Source: Bryobacteraceae bacterium (lineage in GTDB: Bacteria > Acidobacteriota > Terriglobia > Bryobacterales > Bryobacteraceae). Taken from it: a DNA stretch of 64,000 nt. This document shows, piece by piece, positions 17,166 to 24,849 of the stretch. The position numbers and the translations under genes were made by a program. Below the pieces are notes generated by a model. That model was not told the DNA's origin, ran no database searches, and saw nothing but the letters and a program-made list of their open reading frames with translations. How positions within the stretch are numbered: position 1 is the stretch's first letter; each line of letters begins with the position of its first letter. The stretch is from contig JBEKQS010000002.1 in the NCBI GenBank assembly GCA_049519475.1, positions 4,293 through 68,292 of the forward strand. Reading direction: 5' to 3'.

Positions 17166-18185
17166 TCAAGATCCCGAAGCCGCTTCGTCCACGGCCTGGC
17201 GCATTTCCCATGTGGTCACGTAACGCAATTCGTGCCCCAGGCGCCGGCATTCCTGCGGCAATAGCTCGAACAGCCGGTCCAGTCCGCCTTGGAACACCAG
17301 GGCCCGGTAGTTTTGCTCCAGCGCCCCGTGCGTGTAGAGCTTGATAAAGACGTTGTTGCCGATTCGCGGGGCCAGTCGCAGCCACTGCCGCACCCGGTAA
17401 GCCGTCGGCGGATCCTGGTGTGCGATCTCGCCGGTTTCCATGCGGGGTTTGAGCCGCTCCGACCACCGCAAGCCCAACGGCCCCGTAATCATGAGCAGAT
17501 CGCCGCTCCCCGGAGCACCCGGCCGGACCGGCACGCCCTTGTCGTATGACCGCGGCCGCAACGGATCGTCGGTCACCCAATAAATCGAATTCACGATGCG
17601 CGATTGTGTGGGCGAGGCGCCCGACGGCATCGTAAAATCCGCATAGCACCCCAGGTCGCGCAGCAGCGTGATCTCGTTGTTCAATCCGCACCAGCGGCCG
17701 TCCGGCCGGGAATTATCCAGCGCCCAGTTCCCGTGAATGAAACCGAAGACCGTCCGGCCGTGGTGCTTCCGAAGCAGTCCATGGCGCGTGGAAAGCGTCT
17801 CGATAAACCCGTTCATCCGGTCGACGAAGTTCTGCTGGCCTTCGCCGTCGTGATGGATGTGCACATCCACGTCGGCGATGCCCTGGCGCGCCATGGCCGC
17901 CAGCGTATCCAGGATGCCGGGGCGGTATTCCTCTTGCGGGTAGTAAAAAGTGTACTGCGGCGGCTTGCCCGTGGAGTCGGCGTGCCGCGCCGCAATCTGC
18001 GGCCAGCCCTTGCTCCACACCGCCACGTGCCCCAGCGCGACCTCGTCGGACACCTTGCCCCGGTAAGGTTCCCAGTGGTCGGCGATGGCCACCCACACGC
18101 GGCTCGGCCCTGGCGCGGCCCAGTTCCGGAGCCGGCTGCGAACGTAACCGGGGAACCACAACTCTGCGTGACGGGGAAGCGGCAT
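17166..18185 (-). CDS. Hypothetical protein, possible metal-dependent hydrolase (HIHHDGEG motif)
   Basis: Start taken at the ATG at 18185 (MPLPRHAELWFPGYV...). Long coherent ORF with VWVAIADHWEP and DVDVHIHHDGEG motifs. Function not recognised with confidence. Confidence 0.65.
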   Translation of the reverse strand: MPLPRHAELWFPGYVRSRLRNWAAPGPSRVWVAIADHWEPYRGKVSDEVALGHVAVWSKGWPQIAARHADSTGKPPQYTFYYPQEEYRPGILDTLAAMARQGIADVDVHIHHDGEGQQNFVDRMNGFIETLSTRHGLLRKHHGRTVFGFIHGNWALDNSRPDGRWCGLNNEITLLRDLGCYADFTMPSGASPTQSRIVNSIYWVTDDPLRPRSYDKGVPVRPGAPGSGDLLMITGPLGLRWSERLKPRMETGEIAHQDPPTAYRVRQWLRLAPRIGNNVFIKLYTHGALEQNYRALVFQGGLDRLFELLPQECRRLGHELRYVTTWEMRQAVDEAASGS

Positions 18186-18213
18186 GTTGGGGGAAATCTT
18201 AGAATAGCACCGG

Positions 18214-18645
18214 CTATCTGCCGGATGAACCGAATCCCCCCGCGCCGCGCCCGGAAGCCGATAGTTCGGCTTCCACCCACTCGACAACCTCGTATCGCGC
18301 CACGATCATCTGTGCGATGCGGTCGCCCGCGCGCACGGTGTAGGCCTCGCGCCCCAGGTTCAGCAGGATGACGCGGATTTCGCCGCGATACCCGGGATCG
18401 ACGGTGCCTGGTGCGTTCGGCATGGTGATGGCGTGCTTGAGCGCCAACCCGCTGCGCGGCCGCACCTGGGCTTCATAACCGGCCGGGATCTCCACCGCGA
18501 GGCCGGTAGGAACCAGCCGCGGCACGCCCGGCTCGAGCGTCACATCTTCCACCGCGTGCAGGTCCATGCCGGCGTCTTCCCCGGGCCCGTGCGCGTAGGA
18601 TGGCAGTTTCGCCGCCGGATGAATTCTCTGAATTCGCAATTGCAT
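18214..18645 (-). CDS. dut: dUTP diphosphatase
   Basis: The C-terminal 143 aa of the track ORF reads MQLRIQRIHPAAKLPSYAHGPGEDAGMDLHA...RPRSGLALKHAITMPNAPGTVDPGYRGEIRVILLNLG...GDRIAQMIV...GRGAGGFGSSG. All dUTPase motifs are present. Confidence 0.92.
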   Translation of the reverse strand: MQLRIQRIHPAAKLPSYAHGPGEDAGMDLHAVEDVTLEPGVPRLVPTGLAVEIPAGYEAQVRPRSGLALKHAITMPNAPGTVDPGYRGEIRVILLNLGREAYTVRAGDRIAQMIVARYEVVEWVEAELSASGRGAGGFGSSGR

Positions 18646-18702
18646 CGTTTCCGCTATGATAGCGTCTTGACTCCCACGAAACGCGTCATCACCGTGGCGC
18701 CC

Positions 18703-20103
18703 ATGCCGCCGGAGAAGAGCGCCTACGCCCTGGCCCGCTACAGCCGCTCGCCCGATTCCATTCGCGAGTCGATCGATTGGGTGCGCACCCACGACTCCCA
18801 GAAGTTTCTGGAGAGCTTCTACTTTCAGTACGGCCACGCATCCATCGCCGATCTCGGCCACACGGTGATCTGTTTCGAGGGCGTCTCCGAGCTGGCCGCC
18901 ACCGAAATCGAAGAAGAGCCCCTGTGGGACGGCCAGGCCAAGTCCTCCCGCTACCAGGATTTTTCCACCTCCGGCTTTGTGACCCCGCCCGAGTTCGCGG
19001 CCGATGACGCCGCCCGCTACCAGGCCGCCGGCCAGGCGCTGCTGGCCGCCTACACGACGGTCAAGGACCTTGCCTTTGCCTGCCTCTCGGAACGCCTCCC
19101 GCGCCCCGCCGACATGAAGCCCGATGCCTACCAGAGGAACTTGGCCGCACGCGCCTTCGACGTGGCCCGCTACCTGCTCTTTTGGGGCGTGCCCACCAAC
19201 GTCGGCCAGGTGGTCAGCATTCGCACGCTCGAAAAACAGATTCGCCGGCTGAAGGCCTCCGAGTATGCCGAGTTGCGCCAATTGGGCGGGGAAATCGCGC
19301 AGGCCTGCGCCGCCGAGCCGGATTGCCGCTGGGATCCGGCGGCTGCCGCCGAACCGCTGGCGCCCACGCTCGCCCGCCACGCCGATGCCGACGAACACGC
19401 TGTCCGGTCTCGCGACGATCTCCGCCAATGGGCCGCGCAGAATCTGCCTCCGGCCGCGCACTCATCCGACAATGTCGAGCGCGTCGACCTGTTGCGCCCC
19501 GCCCACGTTCCCGCCGATATCGCCGCCACCCTGCTCTACCCCGTCACCGACCGCCCATTCCGCGAGTTGTACGAAATGACCTGCGGCTGGAACGACCGCC
19601 GCCGCGCCGAAGTGATCGACGTGGCACTGGGCTCTCGAACCGGTCGCGACGAGATTCTCGGCGGTTTCCGCGGCGGCCTCTATGTCTTCGACATGGTGAT
19701 TGATGTGGGCGCCTATCGCGATCTCCATCGTCACCGCCGCTGTCAGAAATTCCGCCAGGCCTATTCCGGCCGCCTCGGCTTTGAAACGCCCGCGCTGGTG
19801 GCTGACGCCGCCGCCGGCGCGGTTTACCAAGCCGCCATGCAGCAGGCGTTCGAACGAATGGCGGCGCTTCCCGCGCCGGGGGCGCATTATCTGCTGCCCT
19901 TTGGGGCTCGCTCCCGTTTCCTCTTCAAAATGGATTTCGCCGAAGCCGAATACATGTCGCGGTTGCGCAGCGGCGTCAAGGGCCACTTCAGCTACCGCGA
20001 GATCGCCTGGCGGATGAAACAGAAAATGGAGGAGCTGGAACCTGAACTGGGCCGCCTCATCGATGCCACCCCACCCTGGGTCGAGGATCCTTTGAAACGA
20101 TAG
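18703..20103 (+). CDS. Long-form ThyX-like FAD-dependent thymidylate synthase family protein (466 aa)
   Basis: Contains YALARYSRSPDSIRESI...YGHASIADLGH...AKSSRYQDF and a second half with ...GAYRDLHRHRRCQKFRQ (ThyX RHR motif). The start is uncertain: ATG 18703, GTG 18694 or ATG 18619. Confidence 0.72.
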   Translation: MPPEKSAYALARYSRSPDSIRESIDWVRTHDSQKFLESFYFQYGHASIADLGHTVICFEGVSELAATEIEEEPLWDGQAKSSRYQDFSTSGFVTPPEFAADDAARYQAAGQALLAAYTTVKDLAFACLSERLPRPADMKPDAYQRNLAARAFDVARYLLFWGVPTNVGQVVSIRTLEKQIRRLKASEYAELRQLGGEIAQACAAEPDCRWDPAAAAEPLAPTLARHADADEHAVRSRDDLRQWAAQNLPPAAHSSDNVERVDLLRPAHVPADIAATLLYPVTDRPFRELYEMTCGWNDRRRAEVIDVALGSRTGRDEILGGFRGGLYVFDMVIDVGAYRDLHRHRRCQKFRQAYSGRLGFETPALVADAAAGAVYQAAMQQAFERMAALPAPGAHYLLPFGARSRFLFKMDFAEAEYMSRLRSGVKGHFSYREIAWRMKQKMEELEPELGRLIDATPPWVEDPLKR

Positions 20104-20294
20104 GCCATCTGTCTTGGTGGGACATGCTTTAGCCGGCTTGCCCGGAACCAGACAGCCGGCACGGCACGCACGAGAAATGCGGGCCAGGCATTGGCCCCAC
20201 CGGCCGGAACTGTATTTCGCCGCCCCAATCGCCCAACCCTGGCGTTTGAGTTTTTGCCTGCTACCAGCCATAATATAAGCCACGGAGGGTTGCG

Positions 20295-20879
20295 ATGCGT
20301 AACCTGTCTTGGCTTCTCGCCGGATTGATCGCCTTGCCGTTTCCGCCAGGCGCGCCTGCCCAGGCCCCCCTCGCCAAGCTCAACCTCGTGATCGTGGAAG
20401 GCGACGGCGCCATCAACAATATCCGTCAACGCACTGCGCGTGAGCCGGTCGTCGAAGTGCGGGACGAAAACCACAAACCGGTGGCCGGCGCCCTCATCCT
20501 GTTCGAGCTGCCCTCGCGCGGAGCCAGCGGAGAATTCCCCGGCGGCGCGCACTCCCTTTCGGTGACCACGGATGCGCAAGGCCGCGCCGTAGCCCGCGGA
20601 TTGCAGCCCAATTCCGCCAAAGGCCCATACCAGATCCACGTCACGGCTTCTTACGGCGGCGCGACCTCGAGCGCCGTCATCACACAAACCAATGCCACCG
20701 CCGGTCCCGGTACGGCAGCGTCGGCCGGCTCCGGCCGGCTGATCGCGATTCTGGCTGTCGCCGGCGCCGCGGTGGCCGGCGGCATTTACTGGGCCACCCA
20801 CACTGGGGGCGGTAGTTCCGCCACCAATCCCGCAGCCACCATCGCGGCAGGCGCCGGAACGGTGGGCCCTCCGCATTGA
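20295..20879 (+). CDS. Secreted/anchored hypothetical protein (Ig-like fold, C-terminal TM)
   Basis: GGAGGG RBS, a signal peptide (LLAGLIALPFPPGAPAQA), a beta-rich domain and a TM helix (LIAILAVAGAAVAGGIYW). Confidence 0.65.
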   Translation: MRNLSWLLAGLIALPFPPGAPAQAPLAKLNLVIVEGDGAINNIRQRTAREPVVEVRDENHKPVAGALILFELPSRGASGEFPGGAHSLSVTTDAQGRAVARGLQPNSAKGPYQIHVTASYGGATSSAVITQTNATAGPGTAASAGSGRLIAILAVAGAAVAGGIYWATHTGGGSSATNPAATIAAGAGTVGPPH

Positions 20880-20886
20880 GAACAAC

Positions 20887-21885
20887 ATGACCACTCGATT
20901 CTTCCGGATTTTCGGTCTCGCCCTGGCTGCGGGCTCGGTGCTCGCTGCGCAACAGGGCTCGCTCTCGGGGCCTGTGGCGGGATTCATTTATGATAGCTCC
21001 GGCCGCGCGTTGCGGCCGATTCAAGGAGTCCCCGGCGCATCGCTGATCGGCGATCCCATCAACCTGGGCCTGGATCTCACGGCCGCCTATGTCGCGCCCC
21101 GTCAGGATTCGGCATTTATGGTATCTGCCGACGGCGCGCTTCACTTCTTCCGCCTGAATTCCGCCGGCCCCGCGGAAGCCAGCCTGAGCGGCATCAGCTT
21201 CACTCCGCAGCGTGTGGTCTTCAGCCCGTCCGGCACGGCCGCGGCCCTCTTTACCCCTGGGAAAGTCCACGTATTCCAAGGCCTGCCCGGCGCTCCTACG
21301 CTGGCCGGGGCCGTCACTCTGCCCGCTGCCGCCGGTGCGCAGCTCTCACCAGCCGGCAGCCGCACGCGCCAGCGCACTCCCGCCACGGCCGATTTTGCCA
21401 TCAGCGATGACGGCGTCTATCTTCTCAACGTCACCGGTAGTTCCGTGCGGCTGCTCAGCGTGAACGGCCAGAATCGCAGTCTGGCCCCGGCTGGCGCCGG
21501 CTCCCTGGTGGCGTTCGCCCCCGGCGGCCACGATGCCGCCGTGCTCGATCCCGCCGCGGGTCTCCTGCTCATTCGCGACGCCTCCGGCGCAGCCACCCCG
21601 CAGACCATCGCGCCACCGGATGACAGTCTGGTTTCCGCCGTTGGCATCGGCTTTTCGCAGGATGGCGGAAAACTGTACGTGGCCAGTGCCGGCGCGCAGG
21701 GAGTTGTGATTTTCGATCTGTCCGCCGGCAGCCGCAGCACGATCGCCTGCGATTGTACCCCGGCCACTCTGGTGCCCATGGGAGGCCTATTCCGCTTGAA
21801 TGAACTCGGCTCTGCGCCGCTGTGGCTGCTGGACACCGGCACTGCCGGCCCGCGCATCGTTTTCGTGCCGGCGCGAGCCGACTAG
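20887..21885 (+). CDS. Secreted hypothetical protein, beta-propeller-like
   Basis: Signal peptide (FGLALAAGSVLAAQQ). Repeated F.P.G/DG..LYV-like strands. Confidence 0.62.
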   Translation: MTTRFFRIFGLALAAGSVLAAQQGSLSGPVAGFIYDSSGRALRPIQGVPGASLIGDPINLGLDLTAAYVAPRQDSAFMVSADGALHFFRLNSAGPAEASLSGISFTPQRVVFSPSGTAAALFTPGKVHVFQGLPGAPTLAGAVTLPAAAGAQLSPAGSRTRQRTPATADFAISDDGVYLLNVTGSSVRLLSVNGQNRSLAPAGAGSLVAFAPGGHDAAVLDPAAGLLLIRDASGAATPQTIAPPDDSLVSAVGIGFSQDGGKLYVASAGAQGVVIFDLSAGSRSTIACDCTPATLVPMGGLFRLNELGSAPLWLLDTGTAGPRIVFVPARAD

Positions 21886-21958
21886 CGTTGGGCGTCCGGG
21901 CTCGATGTGGTACAGGCTCAGGGTCCCCGCGCCGCCTTCGACCAAGTATTCTCCGTCC

Positions 21959-22072
21959 GGATTCGTCGACAAGTCGTTGTTCCGGGCGCTCCATTACAGC
22001 CTGAACCAGCGCCAGTGGGATGCCGCGGCGGGTCATCTCCCATTCGGCATGGCGGGATAGGCGGAAGTCCAC
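21959..22072 (-). pseudogene. DUF4258 toxin gene, N-terminal 38 codons in inverted orientation
   Basis: The minus strand from GTG at 22072 reads VDFRLSRHAEWEMTRRGIPLALVQAVMERPEQRLVDES. This is the family N-terminus pattern (F S.HA...M..R.I....V..V...P). Beyond about 21950 the frame becomes Arg-rich antisense junk. Confidence 0.6.
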
Positions 22073-22073
22073 G

Positions 22074-22220
22074 GGCCGTTGGATTCACCAGTCGCGATTG
22101 CGGTTCGAAGATGGGAAAATGTATTTGTTGCGGGTCGCAGTGGCCGAAGAGGAACAGCCGCCTGTGATTATCACGGTTTACCGGACCAACAAGATTGAGA
22201 AGTACTGGAGCGCCGAATGA
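22074..22220 (+). pseudogene. DUF4258 toxin gene, C-terminal 48 codons (no usable N-terminus on this strand)
   Basis: GRWIHQSRLRFEDGKMYLLRVAVAEEEQPPVIITVYRTNKIEKYWSAE is the family C-terminus. There is an ATGA overlap with the downstream DUF2283 gene. Confidence 0.6.
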
Positions 22221-22432
22221 AAGTCGTGTACGACCCCGAAGTGGACTCGCTCAGTGTCCTGCTGAGCAATGCGCCAGTCGCCGAAAGCGATCAGGATAAG
22301 CCCGGCGTCATCCTGGACTACGACGCCGGCGGCAACATGGTGAGCTTCGAGATTCTCGATGCTTCGAAGCGCATGGCGAATCCCATGTCCGTCGAGTACG
22401 CCGTCACGCCGCCACTACGCCGGCCGGCATGA
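22217..22432 (+). CDS. DUF2283 family protein (putative antitoxin partner of DUF4258)
   Basis: MKVVYDPEVDSLSVLLSNAPVAESDQDKPGVILDYDAGGNMVSFEILDASKRM is a typical DUF2283 sequence. Confidence 0.78.
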   Translation: MKVVYDPEVDSLSVLLSNAPVAESDQDKPGVILDYDAGGNMVSFEILDASKRMANPMSVEYAVTPPLRRPA

Positions 22433-22484
22433 TGCTGCTGGATGCGCAAATTCGCGAGTCCGCCGGCTACACACGCGCGGGGTT

Positions 22485-22519
22485 ATTCTGTCTTCTGACT
22501 TCTGTCTTCTGACTCCTGA
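22485..22519. repeat. Half copy of the heptamer palindromic element (right-arm type)
   Basis: ATTCTGTCTTCTGACTTCTGTCTTCTGACTCCTGA resembles the 8935-8967 arm. The upstream GC-rich segment (gcgcaaattcgcgag) resembles the loop of the 8.8-kb copy. No left arm is present. Confidence 0.6.
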
Positions 22520-22558
22520 ACATCGACCGTTCTTGTCGATGTTGGCGCCGCAGGCGCC
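22519..22558. terminator. Hairpins between convergent DUF2283 and sigma-54 activator genes
   Basis: AACATCGAC-cgttctt-GTCGATGTT (9-bp stem) followed by GGCGCC-gca-GGCGCC. Confidence 0.5.
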
Positions 22559-23901
22559 TATCTCAAGTTGAATTTCTTCATCTTGTAGCGCAGCGTATCG
22601 CGCGTGATGCGCAGCAACCGCGCCGCCTGCGTCTGGTTGCCGTTGGTTTTTTCGAGCGCCCGCGCCAGCAGGTTGCGTTCGTTGTCTTCGAGCGAAAGCC
22701 CATCCGTGGGAAGGTCCGTCCTCGCCGGAACCGGCAAGACCGTGCCGGATTCGGGACGCGAAATCGCAATCGGCAGGCTGGCCGGCGTGATCAGCGCCGA
22801 CTCCTCCAGGATCATGGCCCGCTCGATGGCGTTGCGCAACTCGCGCACGTTGCCCGGCCAGTCGTGCCCCGTCAGGAGCCTGGCCGCCGCCTCGTTCAAC
22901 CCTTCGATGTTCCGCTTGAATTTGTGGTTGTAGTGCTCGACGAAAAACTTCGTCAGCGGCACGATGTCCTCGACGCGATCCCTGAGCGGCGGGATGAGAA
23001 TCTGGATCACGTTGAGCCGGAAATACAGATCCTGCCGGAAAGCCCCTTCCTTCACCGCTTCCCGCAGGTTCTTGTTGGTGGCCGCCACCACCCGCAGATC
23101 CAGTTTGATGTCTTTCAAGCCACCCAGCCGCCGGAAAGTCTGCTCCTCCAGCACCCGCAGCAGCTTGGCCTGCAACATCAGCGGGATCTCGCCGATCTCG
23201 TCCAGGAACAGCGTGCCCTTGTCGGCCAGTTCGAAAATGCCCCGTTTTTGCGACCGCGCATCCGTGAACGCACCCTTTTCATACCCGAACAGTTCGCTCT
23301 CCAGAAGCGAATCGGGAATGGCCGCGCAGTTGATCGCGATGAACGGCTCGGCCTGGCGCACGCTCTGGTAATGCAGCGTCTTGGCGATCAGGTCCTTTCC
23401 CGTCCCATTTTCGCCTTCCAGCAGAATCGTGGTGGCTTCGCTGGCCGCCACCCGCCGCACGAAATTCAGTACCTCCCGCATGGGCGGCGATTCGGCGATC
23501 ACTTCCCGCTTCTGGGGCGCCGCCTCGTCGGTGATGTCTTTGATGGTGGCCACCACTCCGCTGAGGTTGCCGGCATCGTCGAACATCTGCGTAGTGCGCA
23601 TCACGACCAGCCGTTCCATGCCGTTGGCGGTGTGCAACCGCACCGTGGAATGAGGCGCGGCGGGTGCCTGGTTCAGCCCCACCAGAACGCCGCAACCGGG
23701 CTCGCAGAGCTCGCACTTAAAAATATCCTGGCAGTGCTTCCCCAGCATTTCTTCCGAGGAAACGCCAAACAACCTCTCCGCCGAGCGGTTGACGCCGGTA
23801 ATCCGAAACTCCGGATCATAAAGGACAAGCGCGTCCGAAAGCTGGTCAAACACGGATTCGAGCACGCTGGTCTTCTGCCAGCCTGGGATGAGCTTAGACA
23901 T
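22558..23901 (-). CDS. Sigma-54-dependent transcriptional activator, PAS-AAA+-HTH (no receiver domain)
   Basis: N-terminal PAS (LSDALVLYDPEFRITGVNRSAERLFG...). AAA+ domain with GENGTGKDLIAKTLH, the GAFTDA loop and ELFGYEKGAF. C-terminal Fis-type HTH (NGNQTQAARLLRITRDTLRYKMKKF). Confidence 0.92.
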   Translation of the reverse strand: MSKLIPGWQKTSVLESVFDQLSDALVLYDPEFRITGVNRSAERLFGVSSEEMLGKHCQDIFKCELCEPGCGVLVGLNQAPAAPHSTVRLHTANGMERLVVMRTTQMFDDAGNLSGVVATIKDITDEAAPQKREVIAESPPMREVLNFVRRVAASEATTILLEGENGTGKDLIAKTLHYQSVRQAEPFIAINCAAIPDSLLESELFGYEKGAFTDARSQKRGIFELADKGTLFLDEIGEIPLMLQAKLLRVLEEQTFRRLGGLKDIKLDLRVVAATNKNLREAVKEGAFRQDLYFRLNVIQILIPPLRDRVEDIVPLTKFFVEHYNHKFKRNIEGLNEAAARLLTGHDWPGNVRELRNAIERAMILEESALITPASLPIAISRPESGTVLPVPARTDLPTDGLSLEDNERNLLARALEKTNGNQTQAARLLRITRDTLRYKMKKFNLR

Positions 23902-24034
23902 TCACAGTACGTACATAAGATTATATCAGCGGCTTGGGGGAATTGGCCCATCATGCCGCTATTTCGGGGGGAATGCCCCCATCCGGGTGGTGGATATTCC
24001 TTCAAACCTGCTGCTGTGTTTGGAGATACATACA

Positions 24035-24050
24035 TGGTGATGCAATTGCT
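24035..24050 (+). promoter_or_regulatory. Sigma-54-like -24/-12 motif upstream of the small cytochrome c gene
   Basis: TGGTGATGCAATTGCT has GG and TTGC in the correct register. The predicted start is about 24061, just before GGAGG (24063-24067) and the ATG at 24072. The -24 half is weak. Confidence 0.35.
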
Positions 24051-24071
24051 GTCTTGCCGGGTGGAGGCATC

Positions 24072-24302
24072 ATGTCCCATTGGAAAATTGCTTTGCCCGC
24101 TGTCATCCTGCTGGGCGGTTTCCTGGTTTGCTCCACGGCCTCGTATGGCAAGCCGGAATACGCGAAGACTACTAAGAAAGCTTGCACTTACTGTCATGAG
24201 AAGACCGTCGCTGATAAGGACGCCATGAACAAGAACTTGACCGACGCCGGCAAGTATTACGCCAAGAACAAGTCCCTGGACGGCTACGTCGAGAAAAAGT
24301 AA
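24072..24302 (+). CDS. Small secreted monoheme c-type cytochrome (76 aa)
   Basis: Internal ATG preceded by GGAGG. Signal peptide MSHWKIALPAVILLGGFLVCSTASYG. A single CTYCH heme-binding motif. Confidence 0.72.
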   Translation: MSHWKIALPAVILLGGFLVCSTASYGKPEYAKTTKKACTYCHEKTVADKDAMNKNLTDAGKYYAKNKSLDGYVEKK

Positions 24303-24335
24303 CAGCCGATGGAAGGCGGAGGCGTGGAGTCGTGC

Positions 24336-24782
24336 ATGATGCAAACGGTTCAGCTTTCGATTGCTGATGGCCAATACGCCGCAACGGTTCGGGACGCCCT
24401 GACCCATAGCTGCGCCTGGCACATCCAGCCCGTCGATCGCCCGGACCTCTCGCAGCATTGTGTGATGGTTCTGGACGAACAGTCGTTCAGGCGGCTGCCC
24501 CTCCCCCTCTCCAACCCTGAGCGGGTTGTCTTGATCACCCGTCACGATCTGCAAGATCCTCAGTTCCTTGCTCAGGCTTGGGAAGCCGGGATTGTTTCGG
24601 TTGTCTCGGAGCAAGATCCCCTGAGTACCGTTCTGCTCGCCATCATGGCTGCTGCCTTGCGCATCGCAAAACCCCACAGTTCGGAGGTCGCTAGCGAAAT
24701 AACCCACACAATCAGTGCAGAATCTGCGTCAATAGCCCCACTTCATCGGCATTGCGGCCCAAAACGTTGCAAAACACCATAG
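24336..24782 (+). CDS. Stand-alone degenerate receiver (REC-like) domain protein
   Basis: MMQTVQLSIADGQ... / VMVLDEQS / VVLITRHD / GIVSVVSEQ parallels the CheY-fold beta1/beta3/beta4/beta5 signatures, but the acidic pocket and the conserved Lys are not canonical. The start could be 24309. Confidence 0.55.
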   Translation: MMQTVQLSIADGQYAATVRDALTHSCAWHIQPVDRPDLSQHCVMVLDEQSFRRLPLPLSNPERVVLITRHDLQDPQFLAQAWEAGIVSVVSEQDPLSTVLLAIMAAALRIAKPHSSEVASEITHTISAESASIAPLHRHCGPKRCKTP

Positions 24783-24784
24783 TT

Positions 24785-24816
24785 TGGTTTGCCGCTTGCT
24801 TGGACTTCGGCGTGCA
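24785..24816 (+). promoter_or_regulatory. Two overlapping-register sigma-54-like motifs upstream of the Cys-rich gene
   Basis: TGGTTTGCCGCTTGCT (24785-24800) and TGGACTTCGGCGTGCA (24801-24816). Both have GG/GC spaced as in the consensus. They lie 34-65 nt upstream of the ATG at 24850. Confidence 0.35.
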
Positions 24817-24849
24817 TTGCTCTTTGTTCAGGCGAAAGGAGATTCAGAT

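Noticed and set aside
21931-22110. Inverted repeats CTTCGACC / GGTTCGAAG as the recombination sites for the DUF4258 inversion
   Set aside because: The match is only about 8-9 bp with an indel. Inverting between these sites would also flip the GRWIHQSRL segment and break the C-terminal half, so they do not explain the observed arrangement.
22095-22115. tRNA-like GGTTCGAAG (T-loop-like) string
   Set aside because: It lies within the DUF4258 C-terminal coding frame (LRFEDG). No acceptor, D or anticodon arms can be drawn around it.
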